From: Felis catus
Taxonomy: Eukaryota
Assembly: GCF_018350175.1 (NCBI RefSeq)
Contig: NC_058368.1
Location: forward strand, 212,786,001 to 212,850,000
DNA length: 64,000 bases
Reading direction: 5' to 3'
Within the stretch, counting starts at the first letter, position 1. Every line of letters begins with the position of its first letter. Under the pieces are notes generated by a model. The model had not been told where the DNA came from. It searched no databases and saw only the letters and a list, made by a program, of their open reading frames with translations. Shown piece after piece: positions 37,595-49,656 of this stretch. Position numbers and translations under genes: made by a program.

Positions 37595-37962
37595 AAAGAT
37601 TTAATGTTTGTATCCCCACAAAATCCATATGTTGATGACATAATCCCAATGAGATATATTTGGTGATGGAGACTTTGGAAGCTGATTAGGTTTGGATGAG
37701 GTCATAAGGGTGAGTCCTTCATGATGGCATTAGTACCCTTATAAGAAAAGATACCCAAGCACTCTGTCTTACTGTCTTGCCATTTGAGAGCCAGTCAAGC
37801 TTAGGATACAATGAGAATGCAACTGTCTTTAAGTCAGGTAAAAAACTCTCACCAGAAATGAATAATGGCAGCACCTTGATCTTGGACTTCCTAGCCTCTA
37901 GAACTGTCAGAAATTTCTGAAGTCACTTAGTCTATGGTACTTTCTATGGAAGAGCTAATAGG
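37595..37962 (+). mobile_element. MLT1A/MST-like MaLR LTR
   Basis: AAATCCATATGTTGA...GCACCTTGATCTTGGACTTCCTAGCCTCTAGAACTGT. Confidence 0.85.
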
Positions 37963-38089
37963 ATCAGGTTTGTGAGATTTAGAGACAAATTTCACTTAAG
38001 TAGGAGGCAGGTTCTATGGCTCAGACATAGACGGACGTATTTTATAGCTTGAGAGAAGCAGCAGGGATCAATTTGGTGAGTCAAGTTAC

Positions 38090-38336
38090 CCCAGACTCAG
38101 TAGAGAGCCCTTGGTGCTTAATAGACTTCAGGGGTTGTTTTCTGGGCTATTTGGGAAGAGGGATTTTGTGTGATTCAGAAAAAGATCTCAAATGTTCACT
38201 AATTAGGGGTCTCACCAGTTTCAACTTCATAGATCTGCATCCGAGGCCACAGTCCTCTCAGGATTTAACCTGGCCAAAAATATTGAAATTTCCTAGATCT
38301 ACCTTCCCTTAGATGGGAATTAGCAAGATTCTTTCT
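38090..38336 (-). pseudogene. Fossil exon
   Basis: Acceptor TTCTTTCTTTTTCTTAATAAAAG, donor GGG|GTAACT; ERILLIPI*GKVDLGNFNIFGQVKS*... Confidence 0.4.
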
Positions 38337-38829
38337 CTTTTATTAAGAAAAAGAAAGAAATAGTCTCTAGCATTCTCTAAGGGAATGATATATGGTAGAA
38401 GTGGGGGTTGGAATAGGATTACCACGTGGCATTCAAAGCTTTTAACTTTGAAATATATTTAGCTTAGATTCATGCAAGTTTTAATTGTCATGACTTTAGA
38501 AATCATTCTTTCTCCTTTTATTAATGAAAAAGTGAAAACCAAAATGTTAAGTATCATACAATATAATCATTCTAGCAAAACTTCAACTGGAACCTAGTTT
38601 TCTTGCCTTTCTACTACTATAGGTTTGTTTTTTCTTTTACTCCAAATTTTTGTTATTTTTAAACTGAGAAAAATAATCACCAAATTTCAAATTCAAGATC
38701 CATTGATGAGCTTTAGGAGTCCATGAACTTCCAGAAATTATCAGTAAAATGTGTATGTGCATTTTTCTGAAAAAATACTCTTAAAGGGATTCCATAATCC
38801 CCCAAAAGTTAAAACGTAGTGCAATCTAC

Positions 38830-39070
38830 TTATGTTGTAGAGGGAAATGATCTTGTATCTCCAAAATGAGCATTTTGTTTTCTTCTTCTACCACTTCTTT
38901 GGGTGTAAATTTTTACCTGAGTTACTTTCCTTCACGGGAGTGTCCAAAAACCAAGATGTGAGTTGGACTATATATCTGGCCACATTTAGCAGCCAGAATT
39001 GAGACAACTTTCAATGGCTTGGGCAAAATATTTTTGTGCTCATATAAAACACAGGGTATCATTGATACCA
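38830..39070 (-). pseudogene. Possible fossil exon (boundaries degenerate)
   Basis: Frame HKNILPKPLKVVSILAAKCGQIYSPTHILVFGHSREGK*LR*KFTPKEVVEEENKMLILEIQDHFPLQH downstream of a pyrimidine tract. Confidence 0.3.
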
Positions 39071-39284
39071 GGGGAAAATAGGGATAAATATTACTCTCTT
39101 GATCTCACTTTATAAGGCTTTTGGGTTAACAGTGATTCCAATCTATGAGAAGCAGATTCTATTTAACTTCATTAGTGTCCAAGCTACAAGTGACCTCTAA
39201 ACAACCAGAAGTTTGTCACTTCATACTCAGGAGGAGAAATTCTTAGCCATCTTACTAAGTAAGAGAGACCCCCTAAATAATATT

Positions 39285-39430
39285 AAAGAAGCAATGTGGT
39301 CTTATGCAAAGACCACTAGGAATGGGTCTGAAAACCTGGTCCAATCTCAGCTCTGCCGCTTACTAGCCATATAACTTTAGACATGTTACTTAACATTTCT
39401 GAGTTTCAATTTTCTCAACTGTAAAAAGCA
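39285..39430 (+). mobile_element. MIR
   Basis: CAGCTCTGCCGCTTACTAGC...TTACTTAACATTTCTGAGTTTCAATTTTCTCAACTGTAAAA. Confidence 0.75.
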
Positions 39431-39485
39431 CAAAAGTACTTTTTGGGTTGCTAATACATGGTATTGTTTTGATGATCAAAATGTC

Positions 39486-39822
39486 TGTTATAGTTTGGAT
39501 TGTATCCCTCAAAATTCATATGTTGAAACATTATTACTACTTCTTCAAAATGTGACTGTCTCTGGAGATAGAGTCTTTAAAAGGATGATTAAGTTAAAAT
39601 GGGGTCATTAGGGTGAGCCCTGATCCTATCTGACTGGTGTCCTTAAGAAGATGAAATTTGAACATGTGAGAGATACTAGGAATACACACAGAGGAAAAAC
39701 CATATGGAGACACAGTGAGAAGGTGGCCATCTGTATAAGCTAAGGAGAGAGACCTCAGGAGAAACCAAACCTGCCAATGATCTTGGACTCCCACCTCCAG
39801 AGCTGTGAGAAAATTAATTTCT
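39486..39822 (+). mobile_element. MLT1B-like MaLR LTR
   Basis: TGTTATAGTTTGGATTGTATCCCTCAAAATTCATATGTTGAA...CCTCCAGAGCTGTGAGAAAAT. Confidence 0.85.
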
Positions 39823-42109
39823 CAATACAGTGTCAAAGCCCACTATTAAAACTATTAGTTACTAGATGTATAAGAAATTGCTTTTAAGGGGTAAATTTTA
39901 TCTAATTTGGAAAATGGTTTCAAGTTATTGATATCACACTCTTTTTTCCTCCTGGTTGATTCTTTCCAACTTCCAGAAAGTAATTTGTTTCTAATCGTCT
40001 AAAACCTGAAACCCATTAAATATCAGAATTGAAAGGTATTTTTTAATCATTCTAGTCTAAACTCTTATTTTACAGACAGGAAATTGAGTCTCAAGTTCAC
40101 ACAATTAGCCACTTCTATAAGAGAGAGAACTGGAGGATAACTCAATACCTTTGTCATAGAGATATTATAAAGAAAAACTTGGGTAATGCCAGTAGAGCAC
40201 TTAGCACAATGCGTAGTAGGTAGCAAGTGCTCAGTATAATATAGCTCCTTATCACTGAGAAAAGCCAAGTACCTTGGTCTGGTGTGGGTCACATTGCTAA
40301 TTGTTGATAAACCCAGATTTCCAGGGCTTTGGGTACTAAAATTCTTAGATTTTCCCCAAATCCAAGCCCAGTAAATTTTCCCAATAGTGATAAACTTGAT
40401 TTGATTTAGAGTAAATCAGAGTCTGATGAATTCTTCAACGGGAATTCTTCAATGAAAAACATAAACTTATGGAGCTAAAGGGTGCAGACCTGCTCATAAA
40501 CTTTCACTTGGTCCTTGGACTCAGTCAGAGCCACACCAAACTATTGAGCCTACAAGTTAACAGTCTGCCCTAGGATCCCTTTCCCCTGAAATAAAAGGCA
40601 ATCCAGTAAAGCCTAACTGGACTGTGAGCTCATTTGATGGGACCATAACCAAGGGTAACAATCAGTAGCCTGAGTGTGATGTAAACCAGTCCTCACAGTC
40701 CACCATTCCCCAACCTGATTCACCCCTAATCCTTAAAAAAGAAAGAAAAAAAGGTTCTGAGTTTACCTTTGACCCTTGTCCTTGGCTATCTACATGGCTT
40801 CTCTACAGCTGTGTTCAATCATTCGTTTCTACTTCTTTATCTTTGCTTTCCCAGAATTTCCTTTGCTAAATAACACAGGCAGATGCCCAGGCTCAAAACA
40901 TTTCCCAATTTTCAGTTTGGATTTCCGTGGAATACTATTTTATGTTAAGCTTTGAAGGCTATAGCAAGATTGTATTAGGGACAGTTACCTGCCAGCTATT
41001 AACCATTGCCTCTGGTCTGACCTGAATTTACAGAGGGCATGGTCACCCGACAACTTAATCAATGAGCCTCTTTGGCTTTAGAGTGGCAGAGGCCAAGAGC
41101 TCCATCAAAGAAGCCTATGTGCTTTCAGCAACTCAGAAGATTCCAGTTGTTTTCAGCAGGCCTGAGAGGTAAAAATAAACAAATATGAAAATGCCAGATT
41201 GCCCTCTCATTTCTTCTCATACTTGGTGCCAGCCTGGGCCAGTGCTGGACAGGCTGCCCCCAAAGAGACTGCGGTGGTGCCTATGAGGCCAAGCCACATG
41301 ACCAGAGCTGTCACTGCACTAAGTGCCTGCCTTTCTCTCCTCACCCCACTCTCCATTTCTAAAAATGCATGAAACACCCATTTCTGTATAATTACCAAGT
41401 GAATAAAAGGCCCTCCAACCCCTCTCTCCTGGCACAGATTTCACCCAGTTGAAGGGTGAAGTTGGCAGCCTTTGACTATGTGGACACTTTCAGTGGTGCC
41501 TGAACACAAAGCTTTGTTCAGAAAAGCTCAGCAATTGTGTTTGCAGCTATCATTGGTTAGGATTTTCCTATCCCATAGCAGTGCAGCCTAGGACATGAGT
41601 GAGATCTCCATGATGGCATTACAGAGCAAGTACACATCCTCTCTGTATGCCCTCAGCCTTTATGCCTTCACAGTCCTTTTTTAAAATCTCATAAACATGT
41701 TTGGCTGCCAGACAGTGCACAGAAAAGAGGCTGCTCACTGAGTGACTGTTCAAACTGAGGGTCCTACATTTAAGGCAACTTCTTCCTAGCAGTTTGCATC
41801 CCTCTTTCAGATGTATAGGCCTTTTGAATTGGAATGGAACTGAAAGAATTTTTAACTGTTTATTAAAGTTTTAAATGCCATAATTCAGCCTTTTGACTCA
41901 ATTCAAGAGCACTGTGTGTCCTTCTTGCCTATGATAAGAATAAAATTGTATTAAAAAACATTTGCAAGTCTCTCTACATTGTGCATTAATATTGAACTTG
42001 TTATGTGTATGAATTGGGTTTGTTATGTGAATGCACATGTCCATACCCATCAAAGTAGGAGGTGGTTAAAGCAGGATATTCTTGTAACTTAAGGAAAATA
42101 CTACAATTC

Positions 42110-43890
42110 AGTCTCTGCTGATAATCACTAATCTCCTAATTGCCAAATCCAATGGCCACTTCTCAATCATTCTTTTTGCTGTCCTGGTAGAATTTGATAC
42201 CATTGATCACCTGCCCCTCTTTCTTGAAACTCTTTTTTGTGAAGGCATACAAAACACTGCACCATCATGATTCTTCCTGATCTCTCTGACCACTCCTTTC
42301 CCTGGTCCTCATTCTCTGTTGATCACAAAATAGCAAAATTCCCCACTCAGTATGGACATGTCTTCATCAATCTTCTTTTCTTTTTCTGGTCTCTCTTGAG
42401 GACCTCTATTCCCTTCCAAAACTATAAATGTTGTCACTATATGAATGACTCCCAAGTATACATATCTGACCCTTCCTCTGCTCTCAAATCTTATTTCTTT
42501 CTAAGCTCAATCTAGAAACATACTGGCACCTCAAAGTCAACAGCTGCACAATAGAATTTAACATGTCCACCCAACTCTCCTAATTCCGGCATCCTGCTTC
42601 TGCTCTTGCATTCCCTATTTGGTTTGGATCACCAGCATCCATGTAACCAGCCAAGTTTAAAACCCCAGAATCATCTTTGATTCTCTCTCCCACTGATCCC
42701 TCATAAGGAACAGTTAATGAATCTATCTGGTGCCCTAGATATCTTGTGTAATTTTTCCTTCTCCATTCCCTCTGCCACTACACTGATCAAGCTTTTATTA
42801 TTCTCACCAAGAGTATTACTAGACTCTAAGAATCTCTTGGCCCCCTTCACCCTATCTTCTATTTCATCCTATGCATTACATTGAAATTTATTATTTCACA
42901 ACAGTTTTTATTATGTTACTCCTCACCCCCAAAATCAATGCCCCCACTGCTGATACAATAAAGTCCAAAACTCTTTATCTCAAAATTAAGATCACTCCAG
43001 GATCTGGCCACTGGCCATCCTGTATTCAACCAAATAGAATTTCCAATATTTCCTATAAATATTTTCTATTATCATTTATGTCTTTGTTCATGTTGTTCCA
43101 ACTGTCTGCAATACCTCACCCATCCCTTTGTGTTCAAATTCACAGACTTTTTGAGATTTGGTGTAAAAACCAACTCTACCTGAATATTCTTCAGATATCT
43201 ACTTCCCATAGCCCAGCACAACACAGAGATTACTTAACCTAGATTCTTAATGTTTATTGGTAGCTTTCTATGGATGTTCTACTAAAGATTCAAACACATA
43301 CACACACAAATATAATCTAGTCTTCCTATTTGACTAAACATTCCTTCAGAGTAGGGTTCACAACTTATTCATTATAGACTGAATGTGTCCCCTCCTCAGA
43401 TTCAGTGTTAAAGCCCCAACCTCCAAAGTGATGGTATTTGGCCTTTAGGAGATAATTAGGGTTAGATGAGATCATGAGGGTGGGGCCCTTTTAAAGGGAT
43501 TAGTACCCTTTAAAGAAGAGATACCAGAAAGCTTTCTCACTCTATCATCTCTCTGTCTCTCTCTCTCTGTCTCTCTGTCTCTCTCTCTCTCTCTTCCTCC
43601 CCAGCCTTGTGCATGTGCACAAAGTAGAGGTTGTATGAGCACACAGCAACAAGGCAGCCATCTGCAAGCCAGAAAAAGAGCCCTCACCAAAACCCATCCA
43701 TGTAATCCTGATCTCAGACTTCCAGCCTCCAGAGCAGTTGAGAAAATAAATGTGTTATTTGACCCATCCAGTCTATGTATTTTGTTTTGGAAGCCTAACC
43801 TAAGACACTCATGTGCATCCCTATTGCTTTGCACAGTGCCTGGAGCATCATAGAAACTCCTAAATATTTGTCAAGTAAATGAGTGAATAT
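42110..43890 (+). mobile_element. L2 (fragmented; 3' end ~43890)
   Basis: TTGCCAAATCCAATGGCCACTTCTCA, ATGACTCCCAAGTATA, CACCTCAAAGTCAAC, TAAATATTTGTCAAGTAAATGAGTGAAT. Confidence 0.75.
43370..43808 (+). mobile_element. MLT1A-like MaLR LTR inside L2
   Basis: TTAGGGTTAGATGAGATCATGAGGGTGGGGCCC...GACTTCCAGCCTCCAGAG...TAAGACA. Confidence 0.85.
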
Positions 43891-43927
43891 GTCTCCAAAA
43901 TTATCTTTGATCAAATAAAGCTAGTGA

Positions 43928-44130
43928 TAAGGTGCATGGGTGGCTCAGTCAGGTAAGTGTCCAGCTCTTGATTTCAGATCAAGTCACGATCTCACAGTTC
44001 ATGAGTTTGAGCCCTGAGTCTGACTCTGCATTAGCACAGAGCCTGCTTAGGATTGTCCCTCTCTCCGTCTCTCTGCTGCCCCTCCCCTGCTTACACTCTC
44101 AATCTCTCTCACACAAAATAAATAAACATT

Positions 44131-44172
<42 letters not shown>

Positions 44173-44211
44173 GATAGATAGATAGATGATAGATAGATAG
44201 ATGATAGATAA
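43928..44211 (+). mobile_element. Can-SINE with (GATA)n tail
   Basis: TSD AAATAAAGCTAGTGA at 43913-43927 and 44212-44226. Confidence 0.95.
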
Positions 44212-44359
44212 AAATAAAGCTAGTGAGCTCTCTGATATTCAGCCAGGTCTGCTGCTTAAGCTTCTTTATATTTTGACTGCTTTCCACTGCTTCTGCCACA
44301 CTTCTGCCCTACCTTCACCTCAGTGCAACCAGTACAAGTCAACTCTCCTTCTGAGCCAG

Positions 44360-44620
44360 AAACGGTAAACTGAAAACCCAGAGGCCAGATATTGCCCACA
44401 ATTACTTTTTCTTTTCAACATCAAAGTGTTTTCCAAATTTTGACTTAGTTTCCAGTATTTAAAAATTGGGAGATTTAATATTAAAATATGGATCTGAGGC
44501 AATGGTGAATCTTTAATGACAATTGGCTGCCATTTCTAGATAGGGCTTATACTCTTTCAGTTACAGCCACAGCTAGTTTATGTTACTTTCTTGGATGTTA
44601 TATAACCATTTGAGTTTGAT
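44360..44620. mobile_element. MER102-like hAT relic
   Basis: TTTAAAAATTGGGAGATTT...TAAAATATGGAT motif. Confidence 0.5.
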
Positions 44621-45515
44621 AATTATGTTCTCTTTATTTTCCTACTCTCCCTCAGCTCTGTAACTAAAATATTTATTTTCTATATCTCTTAATTTTTCCC
44701 TGCTTATACCAGGAAGAATTCACCAACTACCACAGCCAGAAATACCTTATCCCATTTCTTGTTTTCTGTAGCACAAAAATTTCTCTATTTCTGTTAAAAT
44801 AAGCCGCCTAGAAATTACAATATATCAACATTGTACTCTCTCACTTTTCTCATTCTTCATTTCTTCACGTAAGGAAGGTTAAGAGTAAGCTTCCAGAAAA
44901 AGTGACCAATGGTATTAATTCTTACAAATGGTGATTGACAGAACTGGTATTCAAACCCAAGTCTTATGATAATAGATTTTGGTTTTTTTCTTTCATGAGT
45001 TCTTTCTTTAGAAGCTTATGCTGGTAAAGGATTCTACAATTCAATCCAACTTAATTCAGCAAATATTTATTGTAGTACTAAATATGTTAAAGGAACCCAC
45101 TGCTTTCTAACCTGGTAATAAACATTCTGATTCTAATTATTGAGAATTCTCATTCTTTGATTGCATACCCTGCCCATAGACAGAGGACATCCACTGTAGA
45201 TAAATTCTCTCCTTCACTTAATACATAACGAACATCCACTTTAAGCATCATGCTAGATCCTGGCATACAGTGGTAAATAAACCCAATACTTCCTTGTCCT
45301 CATGGGGCTTAAAATATATTTGTCCTTAAATGTATATTGTTATTTCATCAAATTACAAAGCCCTATAGGGCAGGAGCTGAGTATGATTATTCAACGGATG
45401 TTATTATTCAGTAGGTGCTTAATTTTTGTTATTGGTGACAAATGCTCCAATTATCCCAGGTGGAAGTGGTAGTTGTCCCTGCCTTCTCTACTTCTCTTCA
45501 AAACCTCTCTCTTAC

Positions 45516-45810
45516 TCCTAGCATCTGGTTTTTATAGAACCAGAGTTCCTAATCCTCAGGACAAGAATAGGTAGGGCCAGCTTCATGGGTGTCACACATG
45601 CAGTCACACAGGAACCTGTGCTTAGAAGGGCCCTGTGCTTGGTGTAATGCTCTGCTGTTACCATCTTGAAATTCTTAATAATTTTTTTAACAAGGAGCCC
45701 CCCAGTTATGTAATCTGTCCTGAAAACATAGTTGGGGATAGTAGCCAACATAGCTTTAATGTCAACACCATCAGTTTGCCAATAGGCTCCTCTTCAGTAT
45801 GCCTTTACTC
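45516..45810 (-). pseudogene. Fossil exon split by MER91A
   Basis: Acceptor TTTTTCTGCATTTGAGCAG, donor GGA|GTAAGA; DGVDIKAMLATIPNY [MER91A] SCPED*ELWFYKNQMLG. Confidence 0.45.
45572..45722 (+). mobile_element. MER91A hAT-Tip100 element
   Basis: AGGGCCAGCTTCATGGG...AGAAGGGCCC...TCTTGAAATTCTTAATAATTTT...GTCCTG. Confidence 0.85.
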
Positions 45811-45984
45811 CTGCTCAAATGCAGAAAAATAGCAGGGACATAGTTTGAAACATATCTTTATATTTGAAGTTATTTATATTCTGTTGTGCCTAACAGTGCT
45901 ATGTCTTAAGATCCAATAAAAATAACAATGGCTCTAATATAATAATGTCATGTTTGTTCACCAAGACTACTGGCATTTTTACGT

Positions 45985-46180
45985 TCAGTATGGCAATGGG
46001 TCTTAAAAGGTGAGACCCCACCAAGGGCATGAGCATCACCTGGGAACTTCTTAGAAGTGCAAATGCTTGGACTTCACCCCAAAGTAACTGAATTAGACAT
46101 TCTAAAGGCAGAACCCAGTTATCTGTGTTTTAGGCCCTTTAGATGACTCTTGTGTATGCTGAAATTTGGCAACCACTGAG
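45985..46180. mobile_element. MER5-like hAT relic
   Basis: AGCATCACCTGGGAACTTCTTAGAAGTGCAAAT...AAATTTGGCAACCACTG. Confidence 0.75.
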
Positions 46181-46882
46181 TTATGGCATTGTCATCCTCT
46201 TGAGAGCACAAGTCTGTCTCCTACTGTGTCTCAGCCAGGTGGAGATTATTTAATATAGACCCACTGAAGGACAACTGGCAGATATTTGGGCTTAGAAACT
46301 TTGATTTAATGAGTTTGTATGAATAGAGGGGAAAACAGCAAAACTGATTTTTTCTCTTGGCAAAGAATTTGTTTATCCTGCTCCTTTGAAGTCAGAACCA
46401 ATAATATAGAAGGGTTTGGTGGCTACAGCTTGACGTCCGAGTGAAATAAAGAAGCCTTCTTTTAATTGCTCTCTTGAACAGACACGTTTTGGAGACAACA
46501 CCATAGAGTGCTATTGCAGAAGACTGATACTAGATCTTAAGACCCCACTGTCACATTTTACAAATGAGAAAATCAAGGCCCAGAGAGTAAAATAACTTTA
46601 CAGAGATCACTCAGCTATCAGACATTCACTAAAAGAGAAAGGTTTATTAAGTTAAAAGTCAGAATCACCTTGCTGATTGTTTGGTGCCTCTCATGGCTGG
46701 GCACTTAGAGAGGCAGCCACCCTATCCAGAATCTCTATTAATTGCCTTGATGTTGAGCATTCATTTCCTCCCTGTCTACTTTTAGGTACTTTTAGGTAGA
46801 ACACACACATTTTTTTAAGAAACAGCCTTCATATTCTCCACTTTTTAATGCCCAGTTTTTTCTGTGCAGTTGGACAGCTCAC

Positions 46883-47183
46883 CTAAAGAAGACAAGGTGG
46901 TAACCAGGCTATGTAGTTTACTGACTGTCACCCTTTGAGAGGAAGATGAGTCCTGCTTATAGGTAGCCATGCTCAGCTTCATGCTGCTTTTCTCCACACC
47001 TGGTTCTCGTTTGTAACACCGAAAGCATTTCATGCTTATTAAGCATCATCTGGTCCCAATTTTTAAACCACAAGTTTGGCTTGGTTTGTTTTTAATAAGC
47101 GGTTACAACAGAGTCCACCTTTTCAGTGTGATGATGTCTCTTAAACCTAGCTATTGGCATCTTGGAGATTTAAATTAATATGT
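46883..47183 (-). pseudogene. Fossil exon
   Basis: Acceptor TTTTTAACCCCCACCCCCCAACAG, donor TAG|GTGAGC; one frame gives NLWFKNWDQMMLNKHEMLSVLQTR...AGLIFLSKGDSQ*TT*PGYHLVFF. Confidence 0.55.
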
Positions 47184-47277
47184 CTGTTGGGGGGTGGGGG
47201 TTAAAAACATTAAAGACACGAATCCTGAAATTTGGCTTTATCCTGCCTAGGTATGATGCAGATTTGTTTTCAACACG

Positions 47278-47412
47278 TGTATTTGAAGAAAAGGATGACC
47301 AAGTTTAAAGGGAATTTTGTAATGGTCTCTATTTTTACATGGTATTCCATGTCTCCATTTTTATTCTCCAGTTTTGAATTTAAAGAATTTCTAGATTTTA
47401 TACAAAAGCAAT
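47278..47412 (-). pseudogene. Fossil exon (3' boundary uncertain)
   Basis: Acceptor CTTTATCTCCCCAG; open frame CFCIKSRNSLNSKLENKNGDMEYHVKIETITKFPLNLVILFFKYT. Confidence 0.4.
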
Positions 47413-47744
47413 CTGGGGAGATAAAGTCAATAGAATTCTTCATCATTGCTCGATCTGTAAGTATTTTGCAATTAGTGTCCCTTAGTTTTTTGACAGCCAG
47501 TGGTTTCTTTATATGTTATTTTGTCACCGTGCTTGGCCAATATAAGAGAGCAGAGTTAAGACATTCATCTTTAAGAAGAGTTAGGAGTCTGTTGGTTCCA
47601 AGTTAAATATAATTGTAAAGTCACAAGATTTTTAAAAGGTGTGTAACTGATAGTTAAATTTTAATAGGATTTTCCAGCCTTCTTTATAATATATTTTTAA
47701 ATGCCCGTTGATTGGTATTAAATGCTCATAACCATTCATGTATT

Positions 47745-47952
47745 TTTATTTTAAGTTTATTCATTTATTTTGAGAGAAGGCAGGGAGGAGGAGAGAGAGA
47801 GGGAGGGAGAGGGAGAAAGAGAATCCCAAGCAGGCTCCCCACTGTCAGTGCAGAGCCTGATGCAGGGCTCCATCTCACAAACCACGAGATCATGACCTGA
47901 GCCGAGATCCAAGAGTCAGACACTTAATGGACTAATCCACCTGGGCACCCCA
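47745..47952 (-). mobile_element. Can-SINE
   Basis: TSD ACCATTCATGTATT at 47731-47744 and 47953-47966. Confidence 0.95.
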
Positions 47953-48151
47953 CCATTCATGTATTGAACAGGGATATTTTAAATCTAGCATGTGAAATTC
48001 CTTGATGTTGAGTTAGTGTCACAGGTTTGGACCAGCATGGTGCAAGTTTGAAGCTATCTCAATTCTCTTCTTTTAAATCAGAGGTTAACTTGAATTGATA
48101 GAAATGTTTACTTCTTCTAAAATAAGTGTAATTGATATTTTCAATTTCTAC

Positions 48152-48254
48152 CTTCAGAAACAGCCCTCATATGAATGACCAGTAACTAAGTCTAAATCAT
48201 CTTCCTGTGTGATTTCGAAAGTTTAGTCCTCTCCACAACTATTTCCAAAAAGCT
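48152..48254 (-). pseudogene. Fossil exon
   Basis: Acceptor ATGTTTCAG, donor AAG|GTAGAA; LFGNSCGED*TFEITQEDDLDLVTGHSYEGCF. Confidence 0.4.
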
Positions 48255-48619
48255 CTGAAACATGCTTATATGTTTCACAGATCTGTCCTACCACAGCCTT
48301 TACTCCACTCTATTGTTCTGATTTAATTGTCTAATATCATCAGCTCTGAGCTACAATAGGTAAAGTTCTTATCTATCTCTTTTTAAATCTAGACACTGTT
48401 CTAGAACAGTGTCTGGCCTATGATAGATACCAGATTAATCTCTTGGGTAATCAATTGAATGAGTGACTAAATGAATGAGTGAATGCATTGCAAACATATG
48501 CTATTTCATCCTTAAAATTCAAAATGCAGCTTTTATATGAAAGAGAAAAGTAGGGAAATCACATGAATAAATCTAAATTTATGTCCTATTTCTAGGGACT
48601 GTCCCTAAATTAATATTAC

Positions 48620-48817
48620 CATTCAGTAATGATATATTAATTGAATATATTAATTGAATTATATGGTCTAATGATCATTGCAGTGATTCCTATAGATAGG
48701 GGACTTTTCTTCATTCAGTGTTTATGAATTCCTATATGATATTTTGCCTGCAGCTGATCTCTTAGTATATTTTCTCATGGGAAAAGTAGAAATTGTATTT
48801 TTCCTTCCTGGTGGGTT
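48620..48817 (-). pseudogene. Fossil exon containing a 13-bp tandem duplication
   Basis: Acceptor CCCTTCTCTAATTTGCAG, donor ATG|GTAATA; + strand ATATTAATTGAAT occurs twice near 48634-48659. Confidence 0.5.
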
Positions 48818-49062
48818 CTGCAAATTAGAGAAGGGATATAAGAACTTTACAAGTGTTCAATACCATGTTACATTTTTGTTCCTTTTAGAAAAGTCTGAAT
48901 TAATGACTAAAAGAGATTACAAAAGAAATTGCTTTTTTACATCTGTTCATGCTTTTATAATTCAAATTTCCAGGTTTAAAAAGCAAAAGACCAAAGAAAG
49001 ATTCTTCCTATCAATGATCAGACTTTGTGATAGACTCCTCTGTAAGTGCTATCAATAATTAC

Positions 49063-49329
49063 CCTGCAGTATAAGTTAAACTCTTGAATCTTTGAATAAA
49101 ATGTTTCTGCTGCTATCTCCTTATATCTTCAACAATTGGCATTCAAGTCATTTCTTATCTCTGGTGAATTCACATATTTTCAAAACTGCTTCTTCTGTCA
49201 ATGTTTACCATACCTTTCAGGGTGATTTTAATCCCAATGAGAAATAGAATTGCCTTTCTTTGAGAAGGATTCAGATTCTAGATGTTAGCTTTTGTAAATT
49301 CTGCTGTCTTCTACATTTACTATATCTTT
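49063..49329 (-). pseudogene. Fossil exon
   Basis: Acceptor GGTTTTCCAG, donor AGG|GTAATT, phase 0/0; KDIVNVEDSRIYKS*...RYKEIAAETFYSKIQEFNLYCR. Confidence 0.45.
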
Positions 49330-49390
49330 CTGGAAAACCCTAATCTTTATCAATCTCACATGTCAATGGCCCATATAAAAGCAGTGTTTA

Positions 49391-49608
49391 AGGGCGCCTC
49401 GGTGGCTCAGTCGGTTAAGTGGCCGACTTCGGCTCAGGTCATGATCTCACGGTCCGTGAGTTCGAGCCCCGCGTCGGGCTCTGTGCTGACAGCTCAGAGG
49501 CTGGAGCCTGTTTCAGATTCTGTGTCTCCCTCTCTCTGACCCTCCCCCGTTCATGCTTTGTCTCTCTCTGTCTCAAAAATAAATAAACGTTAAAAAAAAT
49601 TAAAAAAA
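49391..49608 (+). mobile_element. Young SINEC_Fc-type Can-SINE
   Basis: TSD AAAAGCAGTGTTTA at 49377-49390 and 49609-49622. Confidence 0.95.
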
Positions 49609-49656
49609 AAAAGCAGTGTTTAGTCAGCCCACAATACACAAGTATCTTTATTTAAC

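Noticed and set aside
41207..41398. 63-aa ORF with a hydrophobic stretch
   Set aside because: Short, non-ATG start, and no splice or homology support.
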